A stretch of DNA of 64,000 nucleotides from Candidatus Terrybacteria bacterium RIFCSPHIGHO2_01_FULL_43_35 (GTDB taxonomy: Bacteria; Patescibacteriota; Minisyncoccia; Terrybacterales; GWB1-40-14): contig MHSR01000013.1 of NCBI GenBank assembly GCA_001822815.1, positions 18,808 through 82,807 on the forward strand. The letters are read 5' to 3'. The position numbers and the translations under genes are program-made. Of this stretch, positions 1 through 10,178 are shown piece after piece (position 1 is the stretch's first letter; each line of letters begins with the position of its first letter). Under the pieces are notes generated by a model. It was not told where the DNA came from. It worked only from the letters and a program-made list of their open reading frames with translations, and did not search any database.

Positions 1-511
1 AGTTGATTTGAAATTCACCGCCACCATGGAAGAAGATTTGGATAAGATAGCCGGAGGCAAGATGGCCTGGGTGCCGGTAATCAAGGAATTTTACGACCCG
101 TTTTCAAAACACCTGGCTGAAAAATACGAGACGGTTGAGAAAAAAGAATTGGTTACGGAAACTACGGACGAAATATGTGAAAAATGCGGCAAGCCTATGA
201 TCATCCGTTTCGGCAGGTTCGGAAAATTCATGGCTTGCTCCGGTTTTCCTGAATGTCGCAATACCAAAACGCTTAAGAAAGGATTGGGCGTTTCGTGCCC
301 ATCATGTCTCAAAGGAGAAATTATTGAACGCAAAAGCAAGCGCGGAAGATTCTTTTATGGATGTTCCAGCTATCCAGACTGCACTTTTGCCTTGTGGGAA
401 AAACCAACCGGAGAAAAGTGTCCTACCTGCGGCTCGCTTTTGGTACAGAATAAATCGGGAAAAAGATGTTCCAATAAAGAGTGTCTGAATGCTAAAGGTT
501 TGGAGAAGTAA
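1..511 (+). CDS. topA: DNA topoisomerase I, C-terminal zinc-ribbon region. The 5' end is truncated by the window edge.
   Basis: Repeated C4 zinc-ribbon motifs (CEKCGKPMIIRFGRFGKFMACSGFPEC; CPSC..C; CPTC..C) typical of the TopA C-terminus. The ORF is open to the window start. Confidence 0.7.
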   Translation, partial: VDLKFTATMEEDLDKIAGGKMAWVPVIKEFYDPFSKHLAEKYETVEKKELVTETTDEICEKCGKPMIIRFGRFGKFMACSGFPECRNTKTLKKGLGVSCPSCLKGEIIERKSKRGRFFYGCSSYPDCTFALWEKPTGEKCPTCGSLLVQNKSGKRCSNKECLNAKGLEK

Positions 512-787
512 AGCAGGAATGGACCACACAAGCGCAGTCCGTACAAGTGGGATCCGTCCCCACTAAACATGTACTACGATAGTGGTTAGCTTTTAGTTAA
601 AAGAAAAGCCTCATCATAAGATGAGGATATTATTAATCATTCATTGCGGCTGAAATAAACGCCATAAAACGAATAAACACAGTAACAAGAGAATAACTGC
701 AACAGCAAGAAAGACGGTTGCAACCAATATCATTTCTATCTCCTTTAAAAGAGCTTGTCGAGTAGTAGGGCATAGCAAACTACCCGA

Positions 788-812
788 TTGCGGCGGATAG
801 CGTCTGCTATCC
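788..812 (+). promoter_or_regulatory. Perfect 9-bp-stem hairpin (GCGGATAGC gtct GCTATCCGC) in the relA leader
   Basis: Inverted repeat read directly, about 45 nt upstream of the relA ATG. Confidence 0.35.
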
Positions 813-854
813 GCCTTGTTTGTTGTCTTAGTGTATAGCATAATCCCATATATA

Positions 855-2558
855 ATGTCCAGAGCTGATTTAGAAAAATTAATAACAACCGTCCAACAAA
901 ATAACCCCAATGCCGATGTCGGGTTAATTGAACGCGCCTATACATTTGCCGAAACGGCGCATAGCGAACAGACGCGCTCTTCCGGCGATCCCTACATAAT
1001 CCATCCGGTGGCCGCGGCGCAAACATTGGCGGAAATGAAACTGGACGATTCAACTATTGCCGCAGCGCTCTTGCACGACGTGGTTGATGACACGCCTTTC
1101 ACTGTTGAAGACATCAAAAATGAATTCGGCGAAGAAATAGCTTTTTTGGTTGACGGCGTGACCAAACTGGGCAAAATAAAATACCGAGGTGAGGAACGGC
1201 ATGTTGAAAATCTACGCAAGATGTTTTTGGCCATGGCGCAAGATATAAGAGTGGTTTTGATAAAACTTGCTGATCGCATGCACAATATGGAGACCCTCTC
1301 GGCCCTGCCAGAACAAAAGCAATACCGCATAGCGCTTGAAACTTTGGAGGTTTACGCACCGCTGGCTTCGCGCCTTGGTATGGGCGAACTCAAAAGCCGC
1401 CTTGACGATCTAGCATTCCCTTATGTGTACCCCGAAGAATACAAACTCCTGCTCAGTAAGATAGGCGATCTTTATGAAAAACGCGAGGCTTATCTGGAAA
1501 AAGTGAAGCCTATTCTTTACGCCATACTTGATAAAGAAAATGTCCATCCCCTAGCCGTGCATGCCAGAGCCAAACATTACTATAGTCTGTGGCAAAAAAT
1601 GCATAGGCTGAATATGGAGATAGACAAAATATATGATTTGGTTGCCTTAAGGATAATAGTAAAAGATATCCCTGCCTGCTATGAAACCCTGGGCATAATC
1701 CACAAATATTGGAAGCCATTGCCTGGAAGAATTAAGGACTATATCGCTCTGCCCAAGCCAAACGGTTATCGCTCCCTGCACACCACGGTATTTTGTGAGG
1801 ATGGAGTAATAACCGAACTGCAAATACGAACACAGGAAATGCACCAAGAAGCGGAATACGGCATCGTCGCGCACTGGAATTATGAGGAAGAGGGCAAACC
1901 CGATCATGGTTCAATAACCTCAAGAAAACTGCGCTGGGTCAAACAGCTATCCGAATGGCAGCATGAAACGCAAGGAACGGATGAATTTCTGGACGCGTTA
2001 AAAATAGATTTTTTCCGCGAAAGGATTTTTGTCTTCACGCCCAAAGGCGATGTCATTGAACTACCCGAGGGCGCAACGCCCTTAGATTTTGCCTTTGCCA
2101 TACATTCACAGATCGGTGAGCAGGCTTCCGGCGCCAGAATTAACGATAAATTCGTGGGACTTGATACTCCGCTCCGCAACGGCGACGTAGTTGAAATCAT
2201 CGTCCAGAAAGGTAAAAAACCTTCGCAACAATTAATGGAGGTTGCCAAAACAACTGCGGCGCGCTCGCATTTGCGCAAATCTTTGCGTTCACAAGGTATT
2301 GAATTAGCGCCTAAAAAAGAGCCGGTGCGTGTAGAGATGATCTTGGGCGTAGAAAACCGCGTGGGCCTACTTAAAGACGTAACCGCAACCTTAGCTAAAT
2401 TCGGCGTAAATATAATAAAAATTGAAGGGTCGGAAAAGAAAAATTTAGCCGAAATAAATATTGTAGCCAATATATCCTCAAAACAAGACTTGCCGCGTAT
2501 AATCGTGCGGCTCAAGAAAATAAACGGCGTAGCTGATATTAAATCGCGATTCGTATAA
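855..2558 (+). CDS. relA: Bifunctional (p)ppGpp synthetase/hydrolase (RelA/SpoT family)
   Basis: HD hydrolase motif (HPVAAA...LHDVVDDT), RelA_SpoT synthetase region, and TGS and ACT-like C-terminal domains. ATG at 855. Confidence 0.85.
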   Translation: MSRADLEKLITTVQQNNPNADVGLIERAYTFAETAHSEQTRSSGDPYIIHPVAAAQTLAEMKLDDSTIAAALLHDVVDDTPFTVEDIKNEFGEEIAFLVDGVTKLGKIKYRGEERHVENLRKMFLAMAQDIRVVLIKLADRMHNMETLSALPEQKQYRIALETLEVYAPLASRLGMGELKSRLDDLAFPYVYPEEYKLLLSKIGDLYEKREAYLEKVKPILYAILDKENVHPLAVHARAKHYYSLWQKMHRLNMEIDKIYDLVALRIIVKDIPACYETLGIIHKYWKPLPGRIKDYIALPKPNGYRSLHTTVFCEDGVITELQIRTQEMHQEAEYGIVAHWNYEEEGKPDHGSITSRKLRWVKQLSEWQHETQGTDEFLDALKIDFFRERIFVFTPKGDVIELPEGATPLDFAFAIHSQIGEQASGARINDKFVGLDTPLRNGDVVEIIVQKGKKPSQQLMEVAKTTAARSHLRKSLRSQGIELAPKKEPVRVEMILGVENRVGLLKDVTATLAKFGVNIIKIEGSEKKNLAEINIVANISSKQDLPRIIVRLKKINGVADIKSRFV

Positions 2559-2614
2559 TCCAAAGCCAAGAAAAAACAGCCCTTTAAATCAGGACTGTTA
2601 TGCTTTATTGTATT

Positions 2615-3433
2615 CTAAGTCATTTCCCAGATCTTCTCTTCTGTTTTAGCAAGCGCTAGATTGAGTTGAGCAACATCAGTGGGATGAAAACCCTCCCTAA
2701 TCTCAGAGCCAGTAACCCATTTTGGATGATATTTGATAGCCACTCGTTCTTCGTAAACGATCTTACCTTTGCTGTTGTAGACTTGAATCAACCACTCCAG
2801 CGGTTCAAACCCGCTTATAGGTGAAAACACTTTAATTTTGAAATTGCTTACTTGCTTTTCGCTGTAAGGAAAAACTGGGTTCTTCCTATTACGGCGCGCG
2901 TCGTGGGGTATAAGAATTCCAGCCCATGAGGCTCCGGTGCCGGTGCCCGAAGCAAGTTTGCCTTCGCATTCAAGCATATTAACAGCGGTCCATACATGTT
3001 CCATATCTGCGCCAAATTCCATTGCGTTTTCTAGAATGGCGGATACAAGTGTGCCTGGAAGGTAGTTTGTATTACCGCCCAACCACTCATTGTTCTGTGA
3101 TCGCGTGAACAGTTCAAATACGGCATTCTTGAATGCATCGCTGATATAAGGAAACTTGCTTTCATGACTATCCAAATCGTGTTTTCCAGCAAGCTCTTGG
3201 CTGATTTCGTATCGCCGCAAAAACATTGCGGCGTTTATATATTTACAATCCCAACCATGCCAGGGATCAAATTCCCCGGATTGTTTATTTAGACCGCATT
3301 CGCACGCAACCATATATTCAACATAATCGATTTTTGCCGTCGTCTTAACCCAGACCACTTCGTGTCCATCAATAATAATCTTACTGATAACTTCAACTTT
3401 GTAATAGTCGTTTTCGTATGCATCCGGTAGCAT
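2615..3433 (-). CDS. Hypothetical protein (272 aa, cytoplasmic, no recognisable motif)
   Basis: Long ORF with good coding appearance, adjacent to parB. No family recognised. Confidence 0.5.
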   Translation of the reverse strand: MLPDAYENDYYKVEVISKIIIDGHEVVWVKTTAKIDYVEYMVACECGLNKQSGEFDPWHGWDCKYINAAMFLRRYEISQELAGKHDLDSHESKFPYISDAFKNAVFELFTRSQNNEWLGGNTNYLPGTLVSAILENAMEFGADMEHVWTAVNMLECEGKLASGTGTGASWAGILIPHDARRNRKNPVFPYSEKQVSNFKIKVFSPISGFEPLEWLIQVYNSKGKIVYEERVAIKYHPKWVTGSEIREGFHPTDVAQLNLALAKTEEKIWEMT

Positions 3434-3529
3434 ACAACAACTCCTTTTTGTAAAAGTTCTAATTTATAGCTTAAATGAATGGAGTTTGGATGTCAAAAAT
3501 GAAAAATCCCGCTTTCGCAGGATTAATTT

Positions 3530-4411
3530 TTATCCAAGAAGCGTTTTTAGCACCCTATCCATTTCTTCTTTACTGCTGAAACTTATTGATATAGAGCCAC
3601 GTTTGCCGTTTTTTAATATGCGCACCGGAACGCCAAGTTTAGCTTTAATTTTATCTTCCAACTCCCCTCTTTGCGCACTGGCTTCACGTTGCGGGATCCT
3701 GCGGATACGCGATATCAACAGTCGCGCTGTTTCTTCTGCGCCGCGCACAGATAATTTTTCTTTCTGGATTTTTGAGAAAAGAAGTCTTTGAGCCTTTTCG
3801 GTTTTCAATGCCAGAATAGCCCGTGCGTGCCCCTCGCTTATGGCACCGCGAGAAATACCTTCCTGAATAAGCGAAGGCAGGCTCAATAAACGCAAGGTGT
3901 TGGTGACAAATTCGCGGCTTTTGCCCACGCGCGCGGCGATTTCTTCATGCGTAAGTTTAAAATCTCCAAGGAGCCGCTTAAAGGCCATGGCCCGTTCAAG
4001 CGCATTTAAATTTTCTCGTTGAACATTCTCTATTAAAGATAAGAGTAGGTTGTGATGTTCGCTTTTTGTCTCTCTGATGATAACCGGCACGCGCGGCAGA
4101 CCGGCTATTTTTGCTGCGCGCCAGCGCCTTTCACCGGCAATAATCTCATACACAACATTGGCGCCTCTTTCTGAAGTTTTTTCCTTTTTATGGACAACCA
4201 AAGGCAGTAAAACGCCGTGTTCTCTTATTGATGAAGCCAGTTCGTACAAGGCATCTTTATCAAATTCACGTCTGGGCTGATTTGGATTTGGCTGAATGTC
4301 CTTAATATCCAGCAAATAAAGAATCTCTTGGTTTTTACCAGATTTTTTAGATACCTTTTTGTTTTCTTTTCTGGCCGGAATCAGCGATTCAAGGCCTTTA
4401 CCTGATTTCAT
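3530..4411 (-). CDS. parB: Chromosome partitioning protein ParB/Spo0J
   Basis: ParB N-terminal box (IIAGERRWRAAKIAGL) plus an HTH region. Immediately downstream of parA. Confidence 0.85.
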   Translation of the reverse strand: MKSGKGLESLIPARKENKKVSKKSGKNQEILYLLDIKDIQPNPNQPRREFDKDALYELASSIREHGVLLPLVVHKKEKTSERGANVVYEIIAGERRWRAAKIAGLPRVPVIIRETKSEHHNLLLSLIENVQRENLNALERAMAFKRLLGDFKLTHEEIAARVGKSREFVTNTLRLLSLPSLIQEGISRGAISEGHARAILALKTEKAQRLLFSKIQKEKLSVRGAEETARLLISRIRRIPQREASAQRGELEDKIKAKLGVPVRILKNGKRGSISISFSSKEEMDRVLKTLLG

Positions 4412-4418
4412 TTTGATT

Positions 4419-5237
4419 TTATTCTTCGCTAATATCCTCTTCCAAATCCTTTTCTTCGTTGTCGTTTAAAATGCCTCCATGAATGTTCAATATTTCCTGC
4501 GCAAGTTGTTTGTAGGCAGTCGCGCCTGGTGAGTCGGGGGCCGCGTGGTATATTGTTTGTCCTCGTCCTGGCGCATCTGCCAATGCCACGCTTCGTGGAA
4601 TCACGGTATCAAAAACTCTGCCTTCAAAAGAGCGCCGCAGATCCTTAGCGATATTTCGCGCCGAAACATTCCTCCTATCATACAATGTTATCAGCGCGCC
4701 CAGAATATCTAACTTTGTTCCGATGTTGTCACGTATAAGATTTATGGTGTCTTGAAGCTGATTTAAACCCTGTATGGAAAAGAATTCGCACTGAACTGGG
4801 ATCAAGACTTCATCTGCGGCTACCAAACCGTTTATAGTAAGCAAACCCAAACTCGGCGGACAGTCTATAATTATGTAATCGTAGTCGGCCGCAAGATTAT
4901 GAAGCAGGTTTTTAAGCTTAAATTCCCTCTCGGGCAAATCAACCAATTCAACGGTTGCGCCAGCGAGGTCAGGCGCGGCAGGAAGAAGGTCGTAACCGAA
5001 AAATCCTGCTGAGCGCATAACATCCCGGGCAGGAACCTTTTCAAAAAGGGCATGATATATATGAACGGCTAAATTTTCCGGTTTGATTCCCACCCCTCCG
5101 GTTGCGTTACCTTGCGGGTCAAGATCAGCAAGTAGAACTTTCTTGCCCAATACCGCAAGATAAATACCGAGATTCATCGCTGTTGTGGTCTTGCCGGTGC
5201 CGCCTTTTTGATTTGCTATAGCAATAATTTTAGCCAC
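4419..5237 (-). CDS. parA: Chromosome partitioning ATPase ParA/Soj
   Basis: Deviant Walker A (IANQKGGTGKTTTAMNLG). GTG start read at 5235-5237. Confidence 0.85.
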   Translation of the reverse strand: MAKIIAIANQKGGTGKTTTAMNLGIYLAVLGKKVLLADLDPQGNATGGVGIKPENLAVHIYHALFEKVPARDVMRSAGFFGYDLLPAAPDLAGATVELVDLPEREFKLKNLLHNLAADYDYIIIDCPPSLGLLTINGLVAADEVLIPVQCEFFSIQGLNQLQDTINLIRDNIGTKLDILGALITLYDRRNVSARNIAKDLRRSFEGRVFDTVIPRSVALADAPGRGQTIYHAAPDSPGATAYKQLAQEILNIHGGILNDNEEKDLEEDISEE

Positions 5238-5344
5238 AAATCCAAATTAACACGAGCGTTTGGGCTTGGCAACGAACAAAAAAGGCTATATTATTTTTGT
5301 GGGCATGCGGCAGAACAGTATATTTGCCCTCACTCATCAATTTT

Positions 5345-5425
5345 GCCGAAGTGGCGGAATGGCAGACGCGCACGACTCAAAATCGTGTGAGGAAACTCAT
5401 GAGGGTTCGACTCCCTCCTTCGGCA
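5345..5425 (+). tRNA. tRNA-Leu (anticodon CAA), long variable arm, no encoded CCA
   Basis: Manual cloverleaf: acceptor GCCGAAG/CTTCGGC, D-arm, anticodon stem CACGA/TCGTG with loop CTCAAAA, long variable arm, T-arm GAGGG-TTCGACT-CCCTC. Confidence 0.85.
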
Positions 5426-5480
5426 CAAACGCAAAATTTAGTGCTGGGGCGCGCACCGACTTCTAGCACCAGAATGAATT

Positions 5481-5543
5481 CGGTGCGGTACAGGCAAAAT
5501 CGTGTGGAGAAATCCATGAGAGTTTGACTCTCTCCTCGCTCAC
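5481..5543 (+). pseudogene. Degenerate partial copy of the 3' half of tRNA-Leu (anticodon-stem remnant, variable arm, T-arm, acceptor 3' strand). It cannot form an acceptor stem.
   Basis: CAAAATCGTGTGGAGAAATCCATGAGAGTTTGACTCTCTCCTCGCTCACA is about 80% identical to the 3' half of the upstream tRNA-Leu. No complementary 5' acceptor strand lies upstream. Confidence 0.6.
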
Positions 5544-5557
5544 ATAGCATAAAAAGC

Positions 5558-5585
5558 AAAAATCCCGCAAACTACGGGATTTTTG
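5558..5585. terminator. Bidirectional intrinsic terminator (AAAAATCCCG-loop-CGGGATTTTT)
   Basis: Perfect 10-bp stem flanked by an A-run and a T-run. It lies between the tRNA-Leu locus (+) and the hup 3' end (-). Confidence 0.7.
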
Positions 5586-5610
5586 ACTTGTTTCTAGAAA
5601 CAAAGGATAT

Positions 5611-5883
5611 CTATTTAACCGCGTCCTTCAAAGCTTTCCCGGCTGAAAATCGAGGCACTTTGGTAGCTGGGATCTGTACTGCGGCGCCAGTCTTTGGGTT
5701 GCGTCCGGTGCGGGCCTTTCTGTGCGCAACTTTGAATTTACCGAATCCAGAAACGGCTACATCCTCGCCGCTACTCAAAGATTTAGTGATGGTGTCAAAA
5801 ACGCCATCAACAACTCGTCCTGCTTCAGCACGAGAGCCGCCAAGCATTTTTTGTACTGCCTCAACGATTCCGTCTTTTGTCAT
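5611..5883 (-). CDS. hup: DNA-binding protein HU
   Basis: HU/IHF signature (GFGKFKVAHRKARTGRNPKTGAAVQIPA). About 90 aa from the internal Met at 5883. Confidence 0.85.
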   Translation of the reverse strand: MTKDGIVEAVQKMLGGSRAEAGRVVDGVFDTITKSLSSGEDVAVSGFGKFKVAHRKARTGRNPKTGAAVQIPATKVPRFSAGKALKDAVK

Positions 5884-6183
5884 ATATTTCACCTCCTTTG
5901 AAAAACCTTGGAAAAGGCTTATTTTTTCTTGTTCTATTGTACCAATTCGCTCCAAATGAGCCAAAAACGTTGTCCACAGGGCTATTTTTAAACTTTCTTT
6001 AAAAAATTAAGTGGGTTTTGGGGTTGGGCGACTTAGCGAAAGCATTTGTCTGCAAAACGTAATTAAGCGCACAAGTGAAAACGAGGAAAAGGCTTATATT
6101 TATTGGCCGTTACGTGTTTTCACGCAGTGCGAAATGCGTTTTGCCAAGTGCTGAAGCGTCAAGCGAAACCCAAAAATTCACTT

Positions 6184-7713
6184 CTACTTTGCGTACTCTA
6201 TCGCCCTGGTTTCCCGTATAACATTCACCTTTATTTCACCGGGGTACTTTAAGGTCGCTTCAATCTGATCGGCTATTGATCGCGCCAATTTCTGAGCCGC
6301 CCAATCATCAATATCTTTGGGCGTAACAAAAACGCGCAACTCTCTGCCAGCTTGAATGGCAAAAGATTTCTCAACTCCTGGGAATTCGTTGGCGATGCGT
6401 TCAAGATCCTCAAGGCGCTTGATATAATTCTCAACAGTGTCGCGGCGGGCTCCTGGTCGTGCGGCCGAAATACCTTCGGCAACTTTAACGATAATGGATT
6501 CTGGGTTTTCAAATGGATATTCTTCGTGATGCGACTGCATAGCTTTAATTACCTCTTCATCTACGCCGAACCGGGCCAATAGCTTACGACCTATTTCAAC
6601 ATGCGTGCCTTCTACTTCATGATCAATAGACTTACCGATGTCGTGAAACAGGGCTCCTTTTTTAGCCACGCCAACACTAGCACCGACTTCGGCGGCAATC
6701 ATGCCGGCAACATGCGCGGCTTCAATTGAATGCAAAAGGACGTTTTGACCGTAACTTGTCCTGAATTTCAAGCGGCCCAGTAAATAAATCAACCGCGGAT
6801 CAATGCCGATAATGCCCACGTCTGTTACTGCGGCTTCACCGGCACGTCTGATTTCAGCTTCAATCTGCGATTTGGCCTGTTCTACAACCTCTTCGATACG
6901 CGCAGGCTGAATACGGCCGTCGGAAATCAATTTTTCTAAAGCTATTTTTGCCACCTGACGCCTTATGGGATCAAACCCTGAAATAACGATTGCTCCGGGA
7001 GAATCGTCAACCAAAACCTCACAACCCGTGGCTCGCTCCAGAGCCTTGATATTCCTTCCTTCTTTGCCGATGATACGGCCTTTTAAATCTTCGTTTGGTA
7101 AAGCCACAACGCTTGTAGTCACATCGGAAGAATGCGACCCGGCATAGCGCTGAAGGGCCGTAACTATTATGTCGCGCGCGCGCTCGGCAAAACGTTCTTC
7201 GCCTTCAGCGATTATTTTCTGAGTTCTCCGTGCCAAATCATCACTGATACTGGTCTCAATGCGATTAAAAAGTTCGGCTCTTGCTTCATCAAGCGATAGA
7301 CCGGCAATTGTTGCAAGTCTTTTTATTTCTTCTTCTTTCAACTGTTCAAGTTCCGCGCGCAAGCCAGAAACGCGCTCGGCTTTTTGGGTCAAAGCTTCTT
7401 CCTCGTGGGCTAACTTTACCGCTCGCTCATCAAGCTTTTGTTCTATGCGCTGAATGCGCTCTTCGGCCGCACTTAAACTGCGTTCGCGCTCGCGCGCCTC
7501 GCTCTTAGCCTCGGAAATGAGCTTGACGGATTTATCTTGCGATTCGAGAAGCGACTTATTGGCCTCTTCCTTTGCTGCATTGATTATCCGCTTGGCTTCG
7601 GATTCAGCCGAAGACACTTGCTGAAGAGCCAAGTATCTACGGAGTATGAAGCCTATTGTGGCCCCAAGAATGATGAGTACTAAACCAAAAATCGTCTGTA
7701 CATAAGACGCCAT
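6184..7713 (-). CDS. rny: Ribonuclease Y
   Basis: N-terminal TM helix, long coiled coil, KH domain (GRIIGKEGRNIKALE), HD domain (HDIGK...). Confidence 0.85.
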   Translation of the reverse strand: MASYVQTIFGLVLIILGATIGFILRRYLALQQVSSAESEAKRIINAAKEEANKSLLESQDKSVKLISEAKSEARERERSLSAAEERIQRIEQKLDERAVKLAHEEEALTQKAERVSGLRAELEQLKEEEIKRLATIAGLSLDEARAELFNRIETSISDDLARRTQKIIAEGEERFAERARDIIVTALQRYAGSHSSDVTTSVVALPNEDLKGRIIGKEGRNIKALERATGCEVLVDDSPGAIVISGFDPIRRQVAKIALEKLISDGRIQPARIEEVVEQAKSQIEAEIRRAGEAAVTDVGIIGIDPRLIYLLGRLKFRTSYGQNVLLHSIEAAHVAGMIAAEVGASVGVAKKGALFHDIGKSIDHEVEGTHVEIGRKLLARFGVDEEVIKAMQSHHEEYPFENPESIIVKVAEGISAARPGARRDTVENYIKRLEDLERIANEFPGVEKSFAIQAGRELRVFVTPKDIDDWAAQKLARSIADQIEATLKYPGEIKVNVIRETRAIEYAK

Positions 7714-8047
7714 AAATTAATATTTGTGTATGCGTTCTCCCAACCATCGCTTTTAGACTTTAAGTGCGCGTTGGGCTAAACAAAAATGCGCAATATATTT
7801 TTGTTCAAACCCAGCTCCAGTTTCTTAGAACCCTTTGGCTTATTTTCTTACCGATAAACGTGGTTCTACTAAATAAATCACTAATTTAAAAACTGGGGCT
7901 GGGGAAAGATCAATAAATGGTATATTGCCGCACTCCCTTGGTTTAGCATAACGCGGCAGAAAGCAACACAAGTGCTAAAAAACAAAAACCAGAATACTCG
8001 ATATTCTGATTTTAAGGATACAACGTGTGGGCTTAGTAGTCAATATA

Positions 8048-9883
8048 TTATTCAACTGTCACCGACTTCGCTAAATTACGCGGTTTGTCTACATCGCACC
8101 CTCGCGCTACGGCGGTGTGATAGGCCAAAAGGTGCAGGGGAACGGTGGTCAAAATAGGCGAAAGTGGTTCCAAAACCTTCGGGATGAATATCGCGGTATC
8201 GGCGACTTTCAAAATATGCTCGTCCCCTTCGGTAGCAATGGCCAGAATAGGTCCGCCGCGGGCTTTTATCTCTTCTAGATTAGAAATGGTTTTCTCATAC
8301 ACGGAATCTTGCGGCACTATAGCTATTGTTGGGAAAGAAGAATCTATCAAGGCTATAGGCCCGTGCTTCATTTCCGCGGCGTTATACCCTTCGGCATGAA
8401 GATAGGATACTTCCTTAAGTTTCAAAGCCCCTTCTAAGGCGACTGGGAAATTGTATTTGCGGCCTAGGAAAAATATGTGCTCGGCGTCTTTGAGCCAGTT
8501 AGCCAATTGCGCGAAAAATTGCTCCTGCGCCAATATCTGGTTTATTTTTTCGGGTATGGTTATAAGTTCATTCAGTAGTTCTTTAGCGCGCGATACTTCA
8601 AGATTCCTCATGCGCCCCATGAAAACTGCGAGCATGTTCAAAACAATAAGCTGGGACAAAAAGGCTTTAGTTGAAGCTACGGCAATTTCTGGTCCAGCGT
8701 GGTTATATATTCCGGCATCAGTTTCGCGGGCCACCGATGAACCCACAACATTAACTATGCCCATGGTAAGTACGTTGCGTCTTTTGGCTTCGCGTACTGC
8801 GGCAAGCGTATCTGCGGTTTCGCCGGATTGCGAAACAGCGATTAGAACGGTGTGACTGCGGTCATTTAAAATGGGATTGCGGTATCTAAATTCAGCCGCG
8901 TATTCAACTTCGCATGGAACACCGGCCAACTCTTCAAAAAGATACTCGCCTATCAAAGCGGCGTGATAAGCCGTACCCATGCCGGTAAGAATTATTCGGT
9001 TGGTTTCGGAAAGACGCTTGGCGATATCTTCCAAGCCGCCTAATTTCACTAAGCCCTGATCCGCCATGACGCGTCCGCGCATGGTGTTTTGAATAACTTC
9101 GGGGCCTTCAAAAATTTCTTTGTGCATAAAATGCGGGTGACCTGATTTTTCCGCTTCTTCAAGCGTCCAGGGAATTTCCACCAGACGCTTAACCAAGTCT
9201 TCTCCGCCAAGATCTTTAATACGGAACCCTTCACTGGTTAATGTAGCCATTTCGCCGTCTTCAATAAAGATAACTTTTTTTGTAGCGGCAATAACCGCCG
9301 ATGGATCGGAAGCCAGCAAAGTTTCGCCATCGCCTATTCCTATAAGCAGGGGCGAAGAATTACGCGCGGCAACTATTTTTTGTGGGTCGCCTTCTGAAAT
9401 CACTGCCAGCGCGTATGTACCTCGAACGCGGGCCAAAGCTTGGGCAATAGCATCTTCAAGCGTACCTCGAAACAAACTTTCTATTAAATGCGCCAAAACT
9501 TCGGTATCGGTATCCGAAGAAAACTTATGACCTGAGGCCATAAGTTCATTTTTTATGGGGATATAATTTTCTATTATGCCGTTATGAACAATAAAAATTT
9601 TGCCGGTGCAATCGGTGTGAGGATGCGCATTAATATCATTTGGCACACCGTGCGTCGCCCACCTGGTATGCCCTATCGCTACGGTTCCCAATGGGACGCT
9701 TTTGTTAACTTCGCTTTCAAGTTTGGCTACGCGACCGGCGTTCTTCAGAAATTTTATCGGCTCGCCGATGTTGTGTACCGCGATGCCTGCGGAATCGTAG
9801 CCTCGATATTCGAGCCGTTTCAAACCATCCATTACAATGGGTGTAGCTTGTTTATTACCTATGTAACCAACAATTCCGCACAT
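8048..9883 (-). CDS. glmS: Glutamine--fructose-6-phosphate aminotransferase
   Basis: MCGIVGY N-terminal nucleophile, two SIS domains, C-terminal ...VTVE. Confidence 0.9.
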   Translation of the reverse strand: MCGIVGYIGNKQATPIVMDGLKRLEYRGYDSAGIAVHNIGEPIKFLKNAGRVAKLESEVNKSVPLGTVAIGHTRWATHGVPNDINAHPHTDCTGKIFIVHNGIIENYIPIKNELMASGHKFSSDTDTEVLAHLIESLFRGTLEDAIAQALARVRGTYALAVISEGDPQKIVAARNSSPLLIGIGDGETLLASDPSAVIAATKKVIFIEDGEMATLTSEGFRIKDLGGEDLVKRLVEIPWTLEEAEKSGHPHFMHKEIFEGPEVIQNTMRGRVMADQGLVKLGGLEDIAKRLSETNRIILTGMGTAYHAALIGEYLFEELAGVPCEVEYAAEFRYRNPILNDRSHTVLIAVSQSGETADTLAAVREAKRRNVLTMGIVNVVGSSVARETDAGIYNHAGPEIAVASTKAFLSQLIVLNMLAVFMGRMRNLEVSRAKELLNELITIPEKINQILAQEQFFAQLANWLKDAEHIFFLGRKYNFPVALEGALKLKEVSYLHAEGYNAAEMKHGPIALIDSSFPTIAIVPQDSVYEKTISNLEEIKARGGPILAIATEGDEHILKVADTAIFIPKVLEPLSPILTTVPLHLLAYHTAVARGCDVDKPRNLAKSVTVE

Positions 9884-10130
9884 GCTAGTTGTTGCTCCCG
9901 AACCTTGCGAGGGATTGCAACAACTGCATCCCGAGCGCAGCGAGGGAGTACCTTAATGACGCTTGCCCACGAGCCGCGCGAGTGTTCCGACGATACGTCG
10001 GGACTAAAGCGCAACCGATGGATTACCTGTTAATGTTGGTGTTGCCCACACCATGCGTGGATGCAATTTCGTGCATCCCGACGCACGGTAAGGACTACTC
10101 TAACAACTTATTACTTCTATCATATCACCT
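9884..10130. repeat. Dispersed intergenic repeat element (family A) directly abutting the glmS start codon
   Basis: A 49-nt block (TTGCCCACGAGCCGCGCGAGTGTTCCGACGATACGTCGGGACTAAAGCG) is 48/49 identical to the reverse complement of 38772-38820. It shares the CTAGTTGTTGC start-proximal box with copies at 34581, 38858 and 39694. Confidence 0.7.
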
Positions 10131-10178
10131 ATCATTTATTGCCCAAACATCTAAAAATCGCCTGTTTTGAAGGCGATT

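Noticed and set aside
5481-5543. Second full tRNA gene downstream of tRNA-Leu
   Set aside because: The T-arm and 3' acceptor strand are present but no complementary 5' acceptor strand or D-arm exists upstream. Interpreted as a partial duplicate, not a functional tRNA.
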